A DNA stretch of 64,000 bases from Acidimicrobiia bacterium (GTDB lineage Bacteria; Actinomycetota; Acidimicrobiia; Spongiisociales; ZC4RG35): assembly GCA_028284765.1 (NCBI GenBank), contig JANQRA010000002.1:101061-165060 (forward strand). Direction: 5' to 3'. The number at the start of each line of letters is the position of its first letter. The first letter of the stretch is position 1. Made by a program: the position numbers and the translations under genes. Under the pieces are notes generated by a model, which was given only the letters and a program-made list of their open reading frames with translations, made no database searches and had not been told where the DNA came from. Shown here one piece after another: positions 29,581 through 38,374 of this stretch.

Positions 29581-29595
29581 AAGAGGGCGCCGAAC

Positions 29596-30186
29596 TCAAC
29601 CGTTGGCCAAGACCCTCACTCTGCTCATCACTGATTCATACGTCGGGATAATGCGGATGTGAGGCTCGATTTCGTGCCGGCCCTGAAGCTGCAACTCGAC
29701 CTCCGACCAGTCGGCAGTCGCTAGCACCGCCAAGCACAATCGCACGGCCTCGCCATAAGTGACATCACTTCCATCCGTTGCCTGCGCAATTCGATCGACA
29801 ACGAGCGACTCTCTAGAGATGGCGGTGAGCTCATCGGAGGGCCCCAACCGAATCTGCATGGTCGTACCGTCAACCCTGGTGCCTGGAAACTCAACCAGCC
29901 AGACTTCACCGTCAGGCATCGTGTACTTGAAGTGGTCGCCTTGGACTTGAGCGAACCCGACGGCCTTCATTGACTCTCTGTCTTCTGCGTCCAGGTAGGC
30001 GCAGAGATCTACGTCAGTCGGTCGATATTGCTGCGTATGAAGATTCACCGCCGACCCCCCGACAAGAACGGCTCGATCTGTGATGGCATAGTCGGCAGCT
30101 TTGGCCAGCCAAACACTGCGCTCCGTCTCGTTCGAGGCTCGTTCAGCCTGCTTGATGGCATGGCGCGCTCGGTTCAGATCCGTCAT
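29596..30186 (-). CDS. Nucleotidyltransferase-fold protein (minimal NTase-like GS...DxD motif), 196 aa
   Basis: LVGGSAVNLHTQQYRPTDVDL fits hG[GS]-x(9-13)-DhD. 4-bp overlap with the upstream XRE gene. Its stop lies 15 bp from the dnaE2 start. Confidence 0.45.
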   Translation of the reverse strand: MTDLNRARHAIKQAERASNETERSVWLAKAADYAITDRAVLVGGSAVNLHTQQYRPTDVDLCAYLDAEDRESMKAVGFAQVQGDHFKYTMPDGEVWLVEFPGTRVDGTTMQIRLGPSDELTAISRESLVVDRIAQATDGSDVTYGEAVRLCLAVLATADWSEVELQLQGRHEIEPHIRIIPTYESVMSRVRVLANG

Positions 30187-30569
30187 AGGCGCGTGGCGAG
30201 CGCCTCGATCTCAGCGGTTGTGTCGATGCCGAGCTCAGACTTCCGGTTGAGCCTTTCTAGAGGATCGGACGGTTCCAAACCGGAACTAGCCAGGATCTGC
30301 GAAGCCTCAGAAGCCTGATCCATCAAGTTCCAAAGGCCGATGGACGCAGGAGCTCTCCTTTCCAGATCACTGAAAGATGCTCCATAACAAGTGAGGAGCC
30401 GCGCAACCGTGGACATCCTGGGGTCGACCTTTCCGTTCTCAACGTTCGATATCTGCGCTCGGCTGATGCCAGTCAGCTGGTACACATCACTGATGGTCAA
30501 GCGCTGTCTTTTCCTCAGATTGCGCAGCACGACACCGTTGAAGTAACTCACATGAGTTATCTTATCCAC
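30183..30569 (-). CDS. XRE-family (Cro/C1-type HTH) transcriptional regulator with a C-terminal extension
   Basis: LRNLRKRQRLTISDVYQLTGISRAQISNVENGK. GTG start. Confidence 0.7.
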   Translation of the reverse strand: MDKITHVSYFNGVVLRNLRKRQRLTISDVYQLTGISRAQISNVENGKVDPRMSTVARLLTCYGASFSDLERRAPASIGLWNLMDQASEASQILASSGLEPSDPLERLNRKSELGIDTTAEIEALATRL

Positions 30570-30582
30570 TAACGTTTGTTAG
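30569..30582. promoter_or_regulatory. Inverted repeat CTAAC-N4-GTTAG at the XRE gene start (candidate autoregulatory operator)
   Basis: The repeat reads ctaacgtttgttag. It abuts or overlaps the GTG start of the XRE gene. Confidence 0.2.
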
Positions 30583-30633
30583 TCAAGAGAATAACGCATA
30601 CTGCGACATGCCCTTCCAAGAGACCAGTAGGCT

Positions 30634-31500
30634 GTGCCCGTGCGAGACGTCCATGTCCCAATCGAAGGTGGCGACCTGAACGTCTGGCATCGCCCAGGTA
30701 CCGACACCGCAGCAGTGTTGATACCCGGTCTGACCGGAAACAGCCGATGGTGGTCGCGGGTGATCGAGCACATCCCCGAGAGCACCGAAATCATGGCAAT
30801 CGACGTGCGCGGAAGAGCCGGTAGTGTCGACGCTCCCCCGCCTTACGACATGAAGACTCTGGCTTCAGATGTGGCAAAGGTCCTCGACCACTTCAACAGG
30901 GACAAGGCAACAATCGCTGGATATTCGATGGGTGCCTGGGTCGCGTCACAGTTCGGACTCATGTTCGCCAACCGAGCTACTCGCGTGGTGCTAGTGGACG
31001 GGGGCCTCGAGATACCGGCACCCGCCGACCTGGAGGAAGATGAGATTGCCGAAGCAGTCGTCGGCCCGTCGCTTGCGCGTCTCGGCCGCAGCTTCCGCAC
31101 GCGTTCTGAGTATGCGGAGTATTGGAAACAGCACCCTGCTCTCGCCAACTACTGGGACGAATCTATGGAGCCGCTGCTTGGCTACGAGCTTTCAGACACC
31201 TCAGGTGGGCTTGCGGTACGAGTGAATCCGGCTGCCGTTGCTGTTAGCGGGCGAGATATCACCATCGATCGAGAACTCGACGCGGCGGCACTCAAGACCA
31301 CCGTGCCGCTCCACATCGTCGTCGTCGAGCGGGGAACTGCCGACCAGGCAGGCGGGATGATCCCTCGAGCCTCCGCCGAGGCAGTCGCCTCGGCCAATCC
31401 GCTAATCACCTTTGAATATCTGGAGCATGTCAACCACTACACGCTGATGTTGGGTGCCGGCAGCGAAAGCGTGGCGGCAGCTATCTCAAATACGGGCTAG
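30634..31500 (+). CDS. Alpha/beta hydrolase fold protein
   Basis: ...AVLIPGLTGNS...GYSMGAWVA (GxSxG)... Confidence 0.7.
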   Translation: MPVRDVHVPIEGGDLNVWHRPGTDTAAVLIPGLTGNSRWWSRVIEHIPESTEIMAIDVRGRAGSVDAPPPYDMKTLASDVAKVLDHFNRDKATIAGYSMGAWVASQFGLMFANRATRVVLVDGGLEIPAPADLEEDEIAEAVVGPSLARLGRSFRTRSEYAEYWKQHPALANYWDESMEPLLGYELSDTSGGLAVRVNPAAVAVSGRDITIDRELDAAALKTTVPLHIVVVERGTADQAGGMIPRASAEAVASANPLITFEYLEHVNHYTLMLGAGSESVAAAISNTG

Positions 31501-31509
31501 CTTGGCCAC

Positions 31510-31734
31510 GTGTCTTCGATCACAAAAACCATCAGACTCTCCGGCAAGGCTGGAGAGAACATCGAGAACGCTGTGCGCACCGTCCTGGCGCGTGCAGCAA
31601 GCACCATTTCCGACATCCAGAGATTCGAGATCGTCAAGGTCGGAGGCGAAGTAGACCCCTCCGGCGCACCGACCGTGTTCACGGTGACACTTGACATAAC
31701 ATTTGGCATCAAGGACTCAGTCGAACACGGCTGA
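31510..31734 (+). CDS. Dodecin family flavin-binding protein
   Basis: 74 aa. KTIRLSGKAGENIENAVRTVLARAASTISDIQRFEIVKVGGEVDPSG..FTVTLDITFGIKDS matches the dodecin pattern. Confidence 0.65.
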   Translation: MSSITKTIRLSGKAGENIENAVRTVLARAASTISDIQRFEIVKVGGEVDPSGAPTVFTVTLDITFGIKDSVEHG

Positions 31735-31743
31735 CTCCGCCGT

Positions 31744-32328
31744 ATGGAACGCGAAAGCGACACGCGGTCGATGCGAGAGCGAATGCTCTCTGGAGACCTC
31801 TACATCGCGGACGACCCTGACCTGATCTCAGCCAGTCAGCAGGCTGCTGAACTGGCGCACCGCTACAACAATGCCCTCGATCCTTCAGAACGCCAGGAGC
31901 TGCTGAGTCAGCTACTGGCGGGCGTAGGTGAAGAAACGGTGATTCGGTCGCCACTGTTCGTGGACTACGGATCGAACCTCACCGTCGGTGCCAGAACGTT
32001 CGCCAACTTCGGGCTGGTGGCACTCGACGTAGCGCCTATCTCGATCGGTGACGATGTCCAAATTGGCCCCAACGTCCAACTCCTGACCGCAACCCACCCT
32101 GTGGACAAGGATCTCAGGCGAGACAAATGGGAGTCCGCCGACCCGATCGTCATTGGAAACAACGTTTGGCTCGGAGGCGGAGTGATCGTATTGGGTGGAG
32201 TGAGCATCGGCGACAACACAGTCGTCGGTGCAGGATCGGTGGTCAGCAGAGACCTGCCGGCGGACGTCGTCGCCGTCGGGACCCCGGCGCGAGCAGTGAG
32301 GTCCGTGGACCATCCCGCCGACCCTTGA
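31744..32328 (+). CDS. Sugar O-acetyltransferase (maltose/galactoside acetyltransferase-like; LbH hexapeptide repeat)
   Basis: MLSGDLY..., hexapeptide repeats (IGDDVQIGPNVQLL...IGNNVWLGGGVIVLGGVSIGDNTVVGAGSVV). Confidence 0.8.
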   Translation: MERESDTRSMRERMLSGDLYIADDPDLISASQQAAELAHRYNNALDPSERQELLSQLLAGVGEETVIRSPLFVDYGSNLTVGARTFANFGLVALDVAPISIGDDVQIGPNVQLLTATHPVDKDLRRDKWESADPIVIGNNVWLGGGVIVLGGVSIGDNTVVGAGSVVSRDLPADVVAVGTPARAVRSVDHPADP

Positions 32329-32409
32329 TCGGCGTCAGACGCCGCGGGCGTAACCCCGACACCCTCAGTTAGGGTCTGACCGGAGCAACACAACTCTCGA
32401 GGAGGAGAA

Positions 32410-32676
32410 ATGGGAGCAGTACTGGGAACCATCATTGGAGGCCTCATCGCGGGCATAATCATCGGGCCGTTGGCTCGTTTGGTGTTGCCCGGCAAGCAAG
32501 ATCTGTCTCTGGGTATGACCATCGTTCTTGGTGCCGTTGGTGCCATCGCCGGTGGATTCCTATACGAGGCGTTTGGCGGCACCGAGACCTCTGGCATCGA
32601 CTGGATCCGGCTCTTCGTACAGATCGGCGTCGCAGCAATCGTTGTTGTGATCTACAGCAACATGCGCAAGAACTGA
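32410..32676 (+). CDS. GlsB/YeaQ/YmgE family stress-response membrane protein
   Basis: 88 aa. MGAVLGTIIGGLIAGIIIGPLARLVLPGKQDLSLGMTIVLGAVGAIAGGFL is the family pattern. Strong RBS GAGGAGGAG. Confidence 0.75.
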   Translation: MGAVLGTIIGGLIAGIIIGPLARLVLPGKQDLSLGMTIVLGAVGAIAGGFLYEAFGGTETSGIDWIRLFVQIGVAAIVVVIYSNMRKN

Positions 32677-32719
32677 AGACTCAACCTCCCGATTTGGTCA
32701 CGGTCCGCAACAGCGGGCC

Positions 32720-33223
32720 GTGGCTTTCGTTTTAGGCTCATTTCAAATGGCAAGGTCTCTCACGCGCTCGGCACGACTCGCCGTCGCCTCCCTGATAGTG
32801 ACGGCTCTGGCGGCTCAGGCGTTGATCGGGGCCGCCAGCGACAACTACAGCCTCATGCGCCCCTTCTTCTGGTTCACGACAGTCGGAGGAGCAGTCACAG
32901 CCTTTTGCCTCACGATGCTGGCTATTCGACCAGACTCGGACTCGGCTCCAGCCTTCGCCACGTTTCGAGCGGCTACCACCGTCTACATGTTTGTTGTCGC
33001 TGTGACCTGGGTGTTTGCCCTTACTCAGACCGACATGGAGTTCGGCATTCCGGAAGCCTGGATCGACGTCTCGCTCCACGTCTTCGCCCCGCTATTCATG
33101 CTCGTTGATTGGCTCGTCAACCCTCCCCAGGCACCGCCGAACAAAGCGGCCATCGCAGGAACGGCCTTGATACCGGCTGTCTTCTTGATCTACGCCGTGG
33201 TCCTACCTGAGCAGGCACTGTGA
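32720..33223 (+). CDS. Hypothetical integral membrane protein (4-5 TM)
   Basis: Hydrophobic segments. Stop overlaps the next gene. Confidence 0.4.
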   Translation: MAFVLGSFQMARSLTRSARLAVASLIVTALAAQALIGAASDNYSLMRPFFWFTTVGGAVTAFCLTMLAIRPDSDSAPAFATFRAATTVYMFVVAVTWVFALTQTDMEFGIPEAWIDVSLHVFAPLFMLVDWLVNPPQAPPNKAAIAGTALIPAVFLIYAVVLPEQAL

Positions 33224-34191
33224 GCCTTCCACCACCACGCGATCTCGGGCATGGGATCTACACCATCGCTGCCCCTTTACCCTTCAAGTCACCGCCATGG
33301 GTGAACGTCTACATCGTCGAAGCTGGCGATGGGCTGCTGATGATCGACTGCGGCACCGATTGGGACGAGGGCCGGGACGCAATCAGGTCTGGATTTGCGT
33401 CACTTGGCCTAACCGAGTCGAGCGTTCACAGCTTGGTCGTCTCCCATCTCCACCTCGACCATGTGGGAATGTCGAAACGGCTCGTCGAGGAGTTGGGTTG
33501 CCGGTTCATCATGCACGAGAGGGCAAGCGAACTCGTCGATCGATACAACGACACCCCGGGATACATCCAAAGGCTGAGACAGATGGCAGTCGTCCACGGT
33601 ATCCCCGAGACGCTCGCCAACGCAGCGACCGACATCGAGCGTGCCCACTACATGCCGCTGATCGACAAGCCCGATCACGTTGTAGTCGACGGTGACCTGA
33701 TCGATCTCGGGGGCGGCCGATTCCTCGAAGTGCTGCACACGCCGGGACACGAGTCGGCCCACATCTGCCTCCGGGACAGTGCATCCGGCATTCTCTTCTC
33801 GGGCGACCATGTGTTGCCGCGAATCTCACCGGTCATCATGTACGACGGCGAGGGCGATCCGCTTGGCGACTACATGAACTCACTGCAGAGGCTCATTGAC
33901 ATCGGAATCCAACTTACGTACCCGGCCCATGGCCAGATCGTCGAACGTGGGGACGAGCGGGCGCGCCAGATCTTGCTTCACCATGTGCGGCGCCTTTCCG
34001 ATATGTCAGAGATGGTCCGAGAGGCCGATACAAATGCTTGGGAAGTCATGACGAAGTCGTTTCGACCGAATCTTGACCCCTTGCAGGCACGACTGGCCTT
34101 CTTGGAGACGATCTCACACCTCGAGCGACTGAGGCTCGACGGCCGAATCAACGGATACGACCGCGATGGCAAAGTGACATACGGTCGGTGA
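33220..34191 (+). CDS. MBL-fold metallo-hydrolase
   Basis: HLHLDHVG (HxHxDH motif)...HTPGHE.... Confidence 0.8.
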   Translation: MSLPPPRDLGHGIYTIAAPLPFKSPPWVNVYIVEAGDGLLMIDCGTDWDEGRDAIRSGFASLGLTESSVHSLVVSHLHLDHVGMSKRLVEELGCRFIMHERASELVDRYNDTPGYIQRLRQMAVVHGIPETLANAATDIERAHYMPLIDKPDHVVVDGDLIDLGGGRFLEVLHTPGHESAHICLRDSASGILFSGDHVLPRISPVIMYDGEGDPLGDYMNSLQRLIDIGIQLTYPAHGQIVERGDERARQILLHHVRRLSDMSEMVREADTNAWEVMTKSFRPNLDPLQARLAFLETISHLERLRLDGRINGYDRDGKVTYGR

Positions 34192-34264
34192 AAGGTTGGC
34201 ATGCGGCATGGTTTGGACGAATATGGGACACACGCGGTCAGATCGCGATCCCTGGGAAGGATGA

Positions 34265-34447
34265 TTGATGCTCTTTGGATATCTCGACGCAGGCTCCGGA
34301 AGCCTGATTCTTCAGGCCCTTCTGGGTGGCGCTGCCGGCATCCTCGTTGCTTTCAAGGCGTGGAAAGCACGCCTGATGGGCAAAGAAGCCATCGCAGAAG
34401 CCGAGGCCGAGGCCAACGCTGAAGAGTCAGTTCCGACCGACTCCTGA
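34265..34447 (+). CDS. Small membrane protein (60 aa, 1 TM, acidic Ala/Glu tail)
   Basis: MMLFGYLDAGSGSLILQALLGGAAGILVAFKAWKARLMGKEAIAEAEAEANAEE. Lies immediately upstream of the kinase/methyltransferase fusion. Confidence 0.3.
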   Translation: MMLFGYLDAGSGSLILQALLGGAAGILVAFKAWKARLMGKEAIAEAEAEANAEESVPTDS

Positions 34448-34455
34448 CCCGACCG

Positions 34456-35808
34456 TTGCCCTTGCGTGATCCGGGGTCCTTCCGCGATCCTGCATCTCAT
34501 GTCGTAGTCGAAGACGGGCGTGTTCTTCGTCTTCTAGACGAGCGGGGCCTCGAGGGATGGCAAGCCCTTGAACCTTCTAGCTTCTTTCGAGCTGCTGTCG
34601 CTGACGGTCGACTCGTCGCATCCAAGCTCATCGAAACCGAGACCGGCCCTGCCCTTGAGCATCCGAAGCTCCCATTTATCTCGTACCCCTATGAGTGGAC
34701 CTTTTCGATGTTGAAGGATGCCGCGCTTCTTCAACTCGACCTCCTCGAGGAGGCGCTGAAGGACGGCATCACAATCAAAGACGCCACTCCCTTCAACATT
34801 CAGTTTGTCGACGGCCGGCCCCTCTTCATCGACGTCGGCTCATTCGAGCGCTACAACCCCGGCGAACCCTGGTTGGGTTATCGACAGTTCACCCGACAGT
34901 TCCTCTTCCCGCTCATGCTGCACGCATGGGCAGGTGTTCCGTTCCAGCCATGGCTCCGAGGAAGCATGGAAGGGCCTTCGGCTGCCGACATGAAGCGTCT
35001 GCTCGGCTTCGGTAGAAGGGTTCGTCCGTCGGTGTTTCTCCACGTCTCTTTGCAGGCCCGAATGGAGCGAAATCTCGAAGGACAGTCGGTTCGCGACGGG
35101 CTCGAGAGCTCAGGTATGAACGCCGACCTCATACTCAACAACGTCCGGAAACTCCGGGCCCTTGTATCCAAGATCGAACTCGAGGTTGGCAACGAGGGAT
35201 GGATCTCATACGAGGAATGCACACACGTCGGTCGGGACCGGGAATCGAAAGCGGAGTTCCTCCGAGCTGCGATCAGCACCAACCCGCCTTCGAGGTTTCT
35301 CGACCTGGGTGCCAACGATGCCTACTTCTCGGAAATCGCATCCAGCGAGGGTGCGGTGGCAGTTGCGGTTGACGGTGACCAGCCAGTCCTCGATGCCGTT
35401 TATCGAAGAGGTAGCGATGTCAACATCGTGGTGTCGGACCTCACAAACCTGTCTCCGTCTCAAGGGTGGGCGGGAATCGAACGGCCCGATCTCGTCAGTC
35501 GCGCCAGCCCTGACATGGTCCTCGCCTACGGCATCATCCACCACCTCATATACACGGCGAGTGTTCCGCCCACTGCAGTTGTCGACTGGCTGTCTTCTTT
35601 CCGGTGCCCGGTGGTGGTTGAGTTCGTGGCACCTGACGACGAGATGGTTCAGACGCTGACCGCCAACAAACATGAAGACGAGCTGCACCCAAACCGCGAT
35701 AAGGACGCGTTCATCGCTCTGCTCCAAAGGGACTTCGAAGTGTTGGACACGCTGACGCTCGGCGACGGAACTCGTACCTTGTTCAGCCTTCAGCCGTCCT
35801 CGAGCTGA
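34456..35808 (+). CDS. Atypical kinase-like N-terminal domain fused to an FkbM-family SAM-dependent methyltransferase-like C-terminal domain (450 aa)
   Basis: N-terminus: ...KDATPFNIQFVDGRPLFIDVGSFERY, a catalytic-loop D..N and DVG in place of DFG. C-terminus: FLDLGANDAYFS, an FkbM-type DVGANxG motif. Confidence 0.45.
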   Translation: MPLRDPGSFRDPASHVVVEDGRVLRLLDERGLEGWQALEPSSFFRAAVADGRLVASKLIETETGPALEHPKLPFISYPYEWTFSMLKDAALLQLDLLEEALKDGITIKDATPFNIQFVDGRPLFIDVGSFERYNPGEPWLGYRQFTRQFLFPLMLHAWAGVPFQPWLRGSMEGPSAADMKRLLGFGRRVRPSVFLHVSLQARMERNLEGQSVRDGLESSGMNADLILNNVRKLRALVSKIELEVGNEGWISYEECTHVGRDRESKAEFLRAAISTNPPSRFLDLGANDAYFSEIASSEGAVAVAVDGDQPVLDAVYRRGSDVNIVVSDLTNLSPSQGWAGIERPDLVSRASPDMVLAYGIIHHLIYTASVPPTAVVDWLSSFRCPVVVEFVAPDDEMVQTLTANKHEDELHPNRDKDAFIALLQRDFEVLDTLTLGDGTRTLFSLQPSSS

Positions 35809-38287
35809 GACCTACTGAGTCGGCGACAGCCTTCTCACCGTATTCCGCAACCACGGTGACTCTGTCGACACCATCTGGGATGTCGTCACGCGAGATTTCG
35901 AGAGAGAACCCAGAACGGAGTAGATCTTCGCTGTCAAACCAACCAACGACGTTGCGGTTGTCTCGGTTGGGCTCAGTTGAGGCGATCAGCTGGTCTCCAA
36001 CAAAGACATAGAAGACGTCGGGCGGAACCTTGTTTCTCGTGTCAGCCCCCCACCCGATCATTTGATAGCCGTCGACAGTGGCCGTCACCTCGTCGACCTG
36101 GACCCTCAGACTTCCCTCGGTCACGACATCGATCTCACGTCCGTCCGGTGCTCTGAGCACGAGGTCGAGCTCCGTCGGAAGTCCCATTGTCAACGACTGG
36201 TCGGCATCAAGGCTGTACAGAGTGACCTGATTGGAACCGTCGAACACCCAGCTCTCACCCACGAGACCGATGAAGGACCCACCTTCGGTCGAGTCCCGAT
36301 TCAGCAGCGCCACGCCAGCGATCACGTCGTTAACTCCGATCAGCAGTGTGTCACCTACGTCTCCAGCCACGCGTCCGGTGAGCAGTGTCTGGACCTCACC
36401 TGACGACACCTCCACATCATTCAACGATGTACCCAGGTCGAGTGAATATGTGAATCCAGCTTCGCTGCTTGCTCCGATATCAGAGATCCTCATGCCAACA
36501 AACTGTGCGCCATCGCCCACTGCGGTCACCGACTCCCAAGACGACTGATCAGGCACCCGGGCATGGTTGGCTTCGACCTGGGCCAAGAGCGCGGCGATGT
36601 TGGTGTTCACGCCCGTTCCGTTGCAGCACCAGCGAATGGGCTCATGAGGTCTTTCCCGATCGAGGTCCAGCAAGGACGTTCCGTTGAACGACCAGTCGGT
36701 ATCTATATCCATGACGTCGACAATCGTTGGCATCAGGTCGACGCCGAATACCGGCAGGTCCACCGTCTCACCTACCGACTGATCCGGATACTTGATGAAC
36801 AGCGGCACGCGATACAAGTCGTCTCGATTGTCCTCGTATGGCCACCGCCGATGCTCGCCAGGCGTGAAAGATGCGCCGTGGTCGGCCACAACCACGATCA
36901 TTGTCTCGTCCCATGTGCTCGAGTCCTCGATGTGGTCGAGGAGCCTCAGCAGCATCGTGTCGAGAAAGCCGACCTGGTACAGATGTCGTTGAAAGCCGAG
37001 TAGTGCGGGGCCCGGATCGAGCGACCATCGACCGTCACCTTCCACCCCAAACACCTCCGTGTACTCCTCAGGTCGCTCGTAGTGAGTGCCTGAGGGGTTT
37101 GCCTCCCACGGCACATGCGGCGTCCGAAGGTGTGCGTAGCTGAGCGTTGGCTCCGTGCCTGCCTTGATTCCGTTGATCAGTCGCTGCACCCAGGTCACCC
37201 AATCCGGGCGCTGCCCCTCCGGTGGCACCGGAAGGCCTTCAATCTCCACGTCACTTCCCTCGACCTGGTTCGTCTGACCAAGAAAACCCTTCCATGCGTT
37301 CCCGATGCTCGGAAGCTGCTCCCTCGTGTCACCGGGCAGCGTCAGGTGTCCATACACCACCCCGACGTCGGCCAGAAGATTCCCAAATAGGGCAGGTGCG
37401 CGACCGGCGTAGTCAGGACAGATCTCTTCGGGGCAGAGCTCGGCGACCCATTCGATGACATGCATCTCGTGGCTGTCCTGGAGAAGAGTGAACAGGTTGT
37501 TCGGGTGGTCCAGGTAGGTCGGCTTCTTGTCTTCGTTGGACTTCGTCCCCGTCAGGATCGCGGGAACGCTCTGTGTAGTGGCGATCGAATCGGACAACGC
37601 ATTCCGATACCACGTGCCCAGTTCCGCAAGCCGGGCAAACCCGGGAAAGAGATCGTCATTGATACTGCCATCGGCCCGCATGATTGAGGCAACGGGCATC
37701 TCGTCGAGCTGAATCATCACCAAGTGGCTCGGCGCTTCTATCGCGACGGCTTCTCCGTCCTGTTCCGGCTCTTCCCAGATGAGACCTGCCGTGGGAGACG
37801 TTGCGAGGAACATCGCAATCAGCACAGGTACGGCTACAGCCGCCAACGCAAAGACGCTGTCGATGACGGTCGAAAGCCAGTAGAGCAGACCAGCGACAGC
37901 GAGCGCCATCCCAATCGCAAGCAACGTCTCGTCCGGCACGATCTGTCTCGCCACAACGAACCCGGTCGCTAGTGAAAGCACACCGATGAGAACCCGATAG
38001 GTGATCTTGAATGCCGTCGGCCCGACAAGCCTTGCAATCGCCAACGCGAGCAATGCCAGCGCCGGGATGAAGAGGCCGACGACGAAGGCGAAGAGGAACA
38101 GTTCGCTACCGGTCGTCCGATTGGCAACGAAGACCTCGGGGTTCCGGCCATAGATATCGAGAATCGGAGCAACAAAAGCAACCGCTGCCAGTCCTGTTAT
38201 GACCGCCAGCGGTTTCCAGATCGAAGTGGAGTCTTTGCTCGCCACGTGCCTGGAGAACGGTACAGGCACACCTTCCCAAACAGACAT
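35783..38287 (-). CDS. Sulfatase-like hydrolase/transferase (LtaS / alkaline phosphatase superfamily) membrane protein, 834 aa
   Basis: An N-terminal multi-TM region followed by a periplasmic catalytic domain with VVVADHGASF, ...TQSVPAILTG, and a long C-terminal beta-rich extension. Confidence 0.65.
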   Translation of the reverse strand: MSVWEGVPVPFSRHVASKDSTSIWKPLAVITGLAAVAFVAPILDIYGRNPEVFVANRTTGSELFLFAFVVGLFIPALALLALAIARLVGPTAFKITYRVLIGVLSLATGFVVARQIVPDETLLAIGMALAVAGLLYWLSTVIDSVFALAAVAVPVLIAMFLATSPTAGLIWEEPEQDGEAVAIEAPSHLVMIQLDEMPVASIMRADGSINDDLFPGFARLAELGTWYRNALSDSIATTQSVPAILTGTKSNEDKKPTYLDHPNNLFTLLQDSHEMHVIEWVAELCPEEICPDYAGRAPALFGNLLADVGVVYGHLTLPGDTREQLPSIGNAWKGFLGQTNQVEGSDVEIEGLPVPPEGQRPDWVTWVQRLINGIKAGTEPTLSYAHLRTPHVPWEANPSGTHYERPEEYTEVFGVEGDGRWSLDPGPALLGFQRHLYQVGFLDTMLLRLLDHIEDSSTWDETMIVVVADHGASFTPGEHRRWPYEDNRDDLYRVPLFIKYPDQSVGETVDLPVFGVDLMPTIVDVMDIDTDWSFNGTSLLDLDRERPHEPIRWCCNGTGVNTNIAALLAQVEANHARVPDQSSWESVTAVGDGAQFVGMRISDIGASSEAGFTYSLDLGTSLNDVEVSSGEVQTLLTGRVAGDVGDTLLIGVNDVIAGVALLNRDSTEGGSFIGLVGESWVFDGSNQVTLYSLDADQSLTMGLPTELDLVLRAPDGREIDVVTEGSLRVQVDEVTATVDGYQMIGWGADTRNKVPPDVFYVFVGDQLIASTEPNRDNRNVVGWFDSEDLLRSGFSLEISRDDIPDGVDRVTVVAEYGEKAVADSVGLSSRTAEG

Positions 38288-38374
38288 ACTCCCGACCCGT
38301 GCTTAACTCTCTCTAAGGCCGTCGGGAACCATCAACAGCCAGCTCAGCGTCTTACATCTCAGGGAGATGTCTCA

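Noticed and set aside
38246-38374. The ORF-track start at 38246 for the coiled-coil protein
   Set aside because: It would overlap by about 40 bp the 5' end of the divergently transcribed LtaS-like gene. A TTG near 38375 preceded by GGGAG is more plausible.
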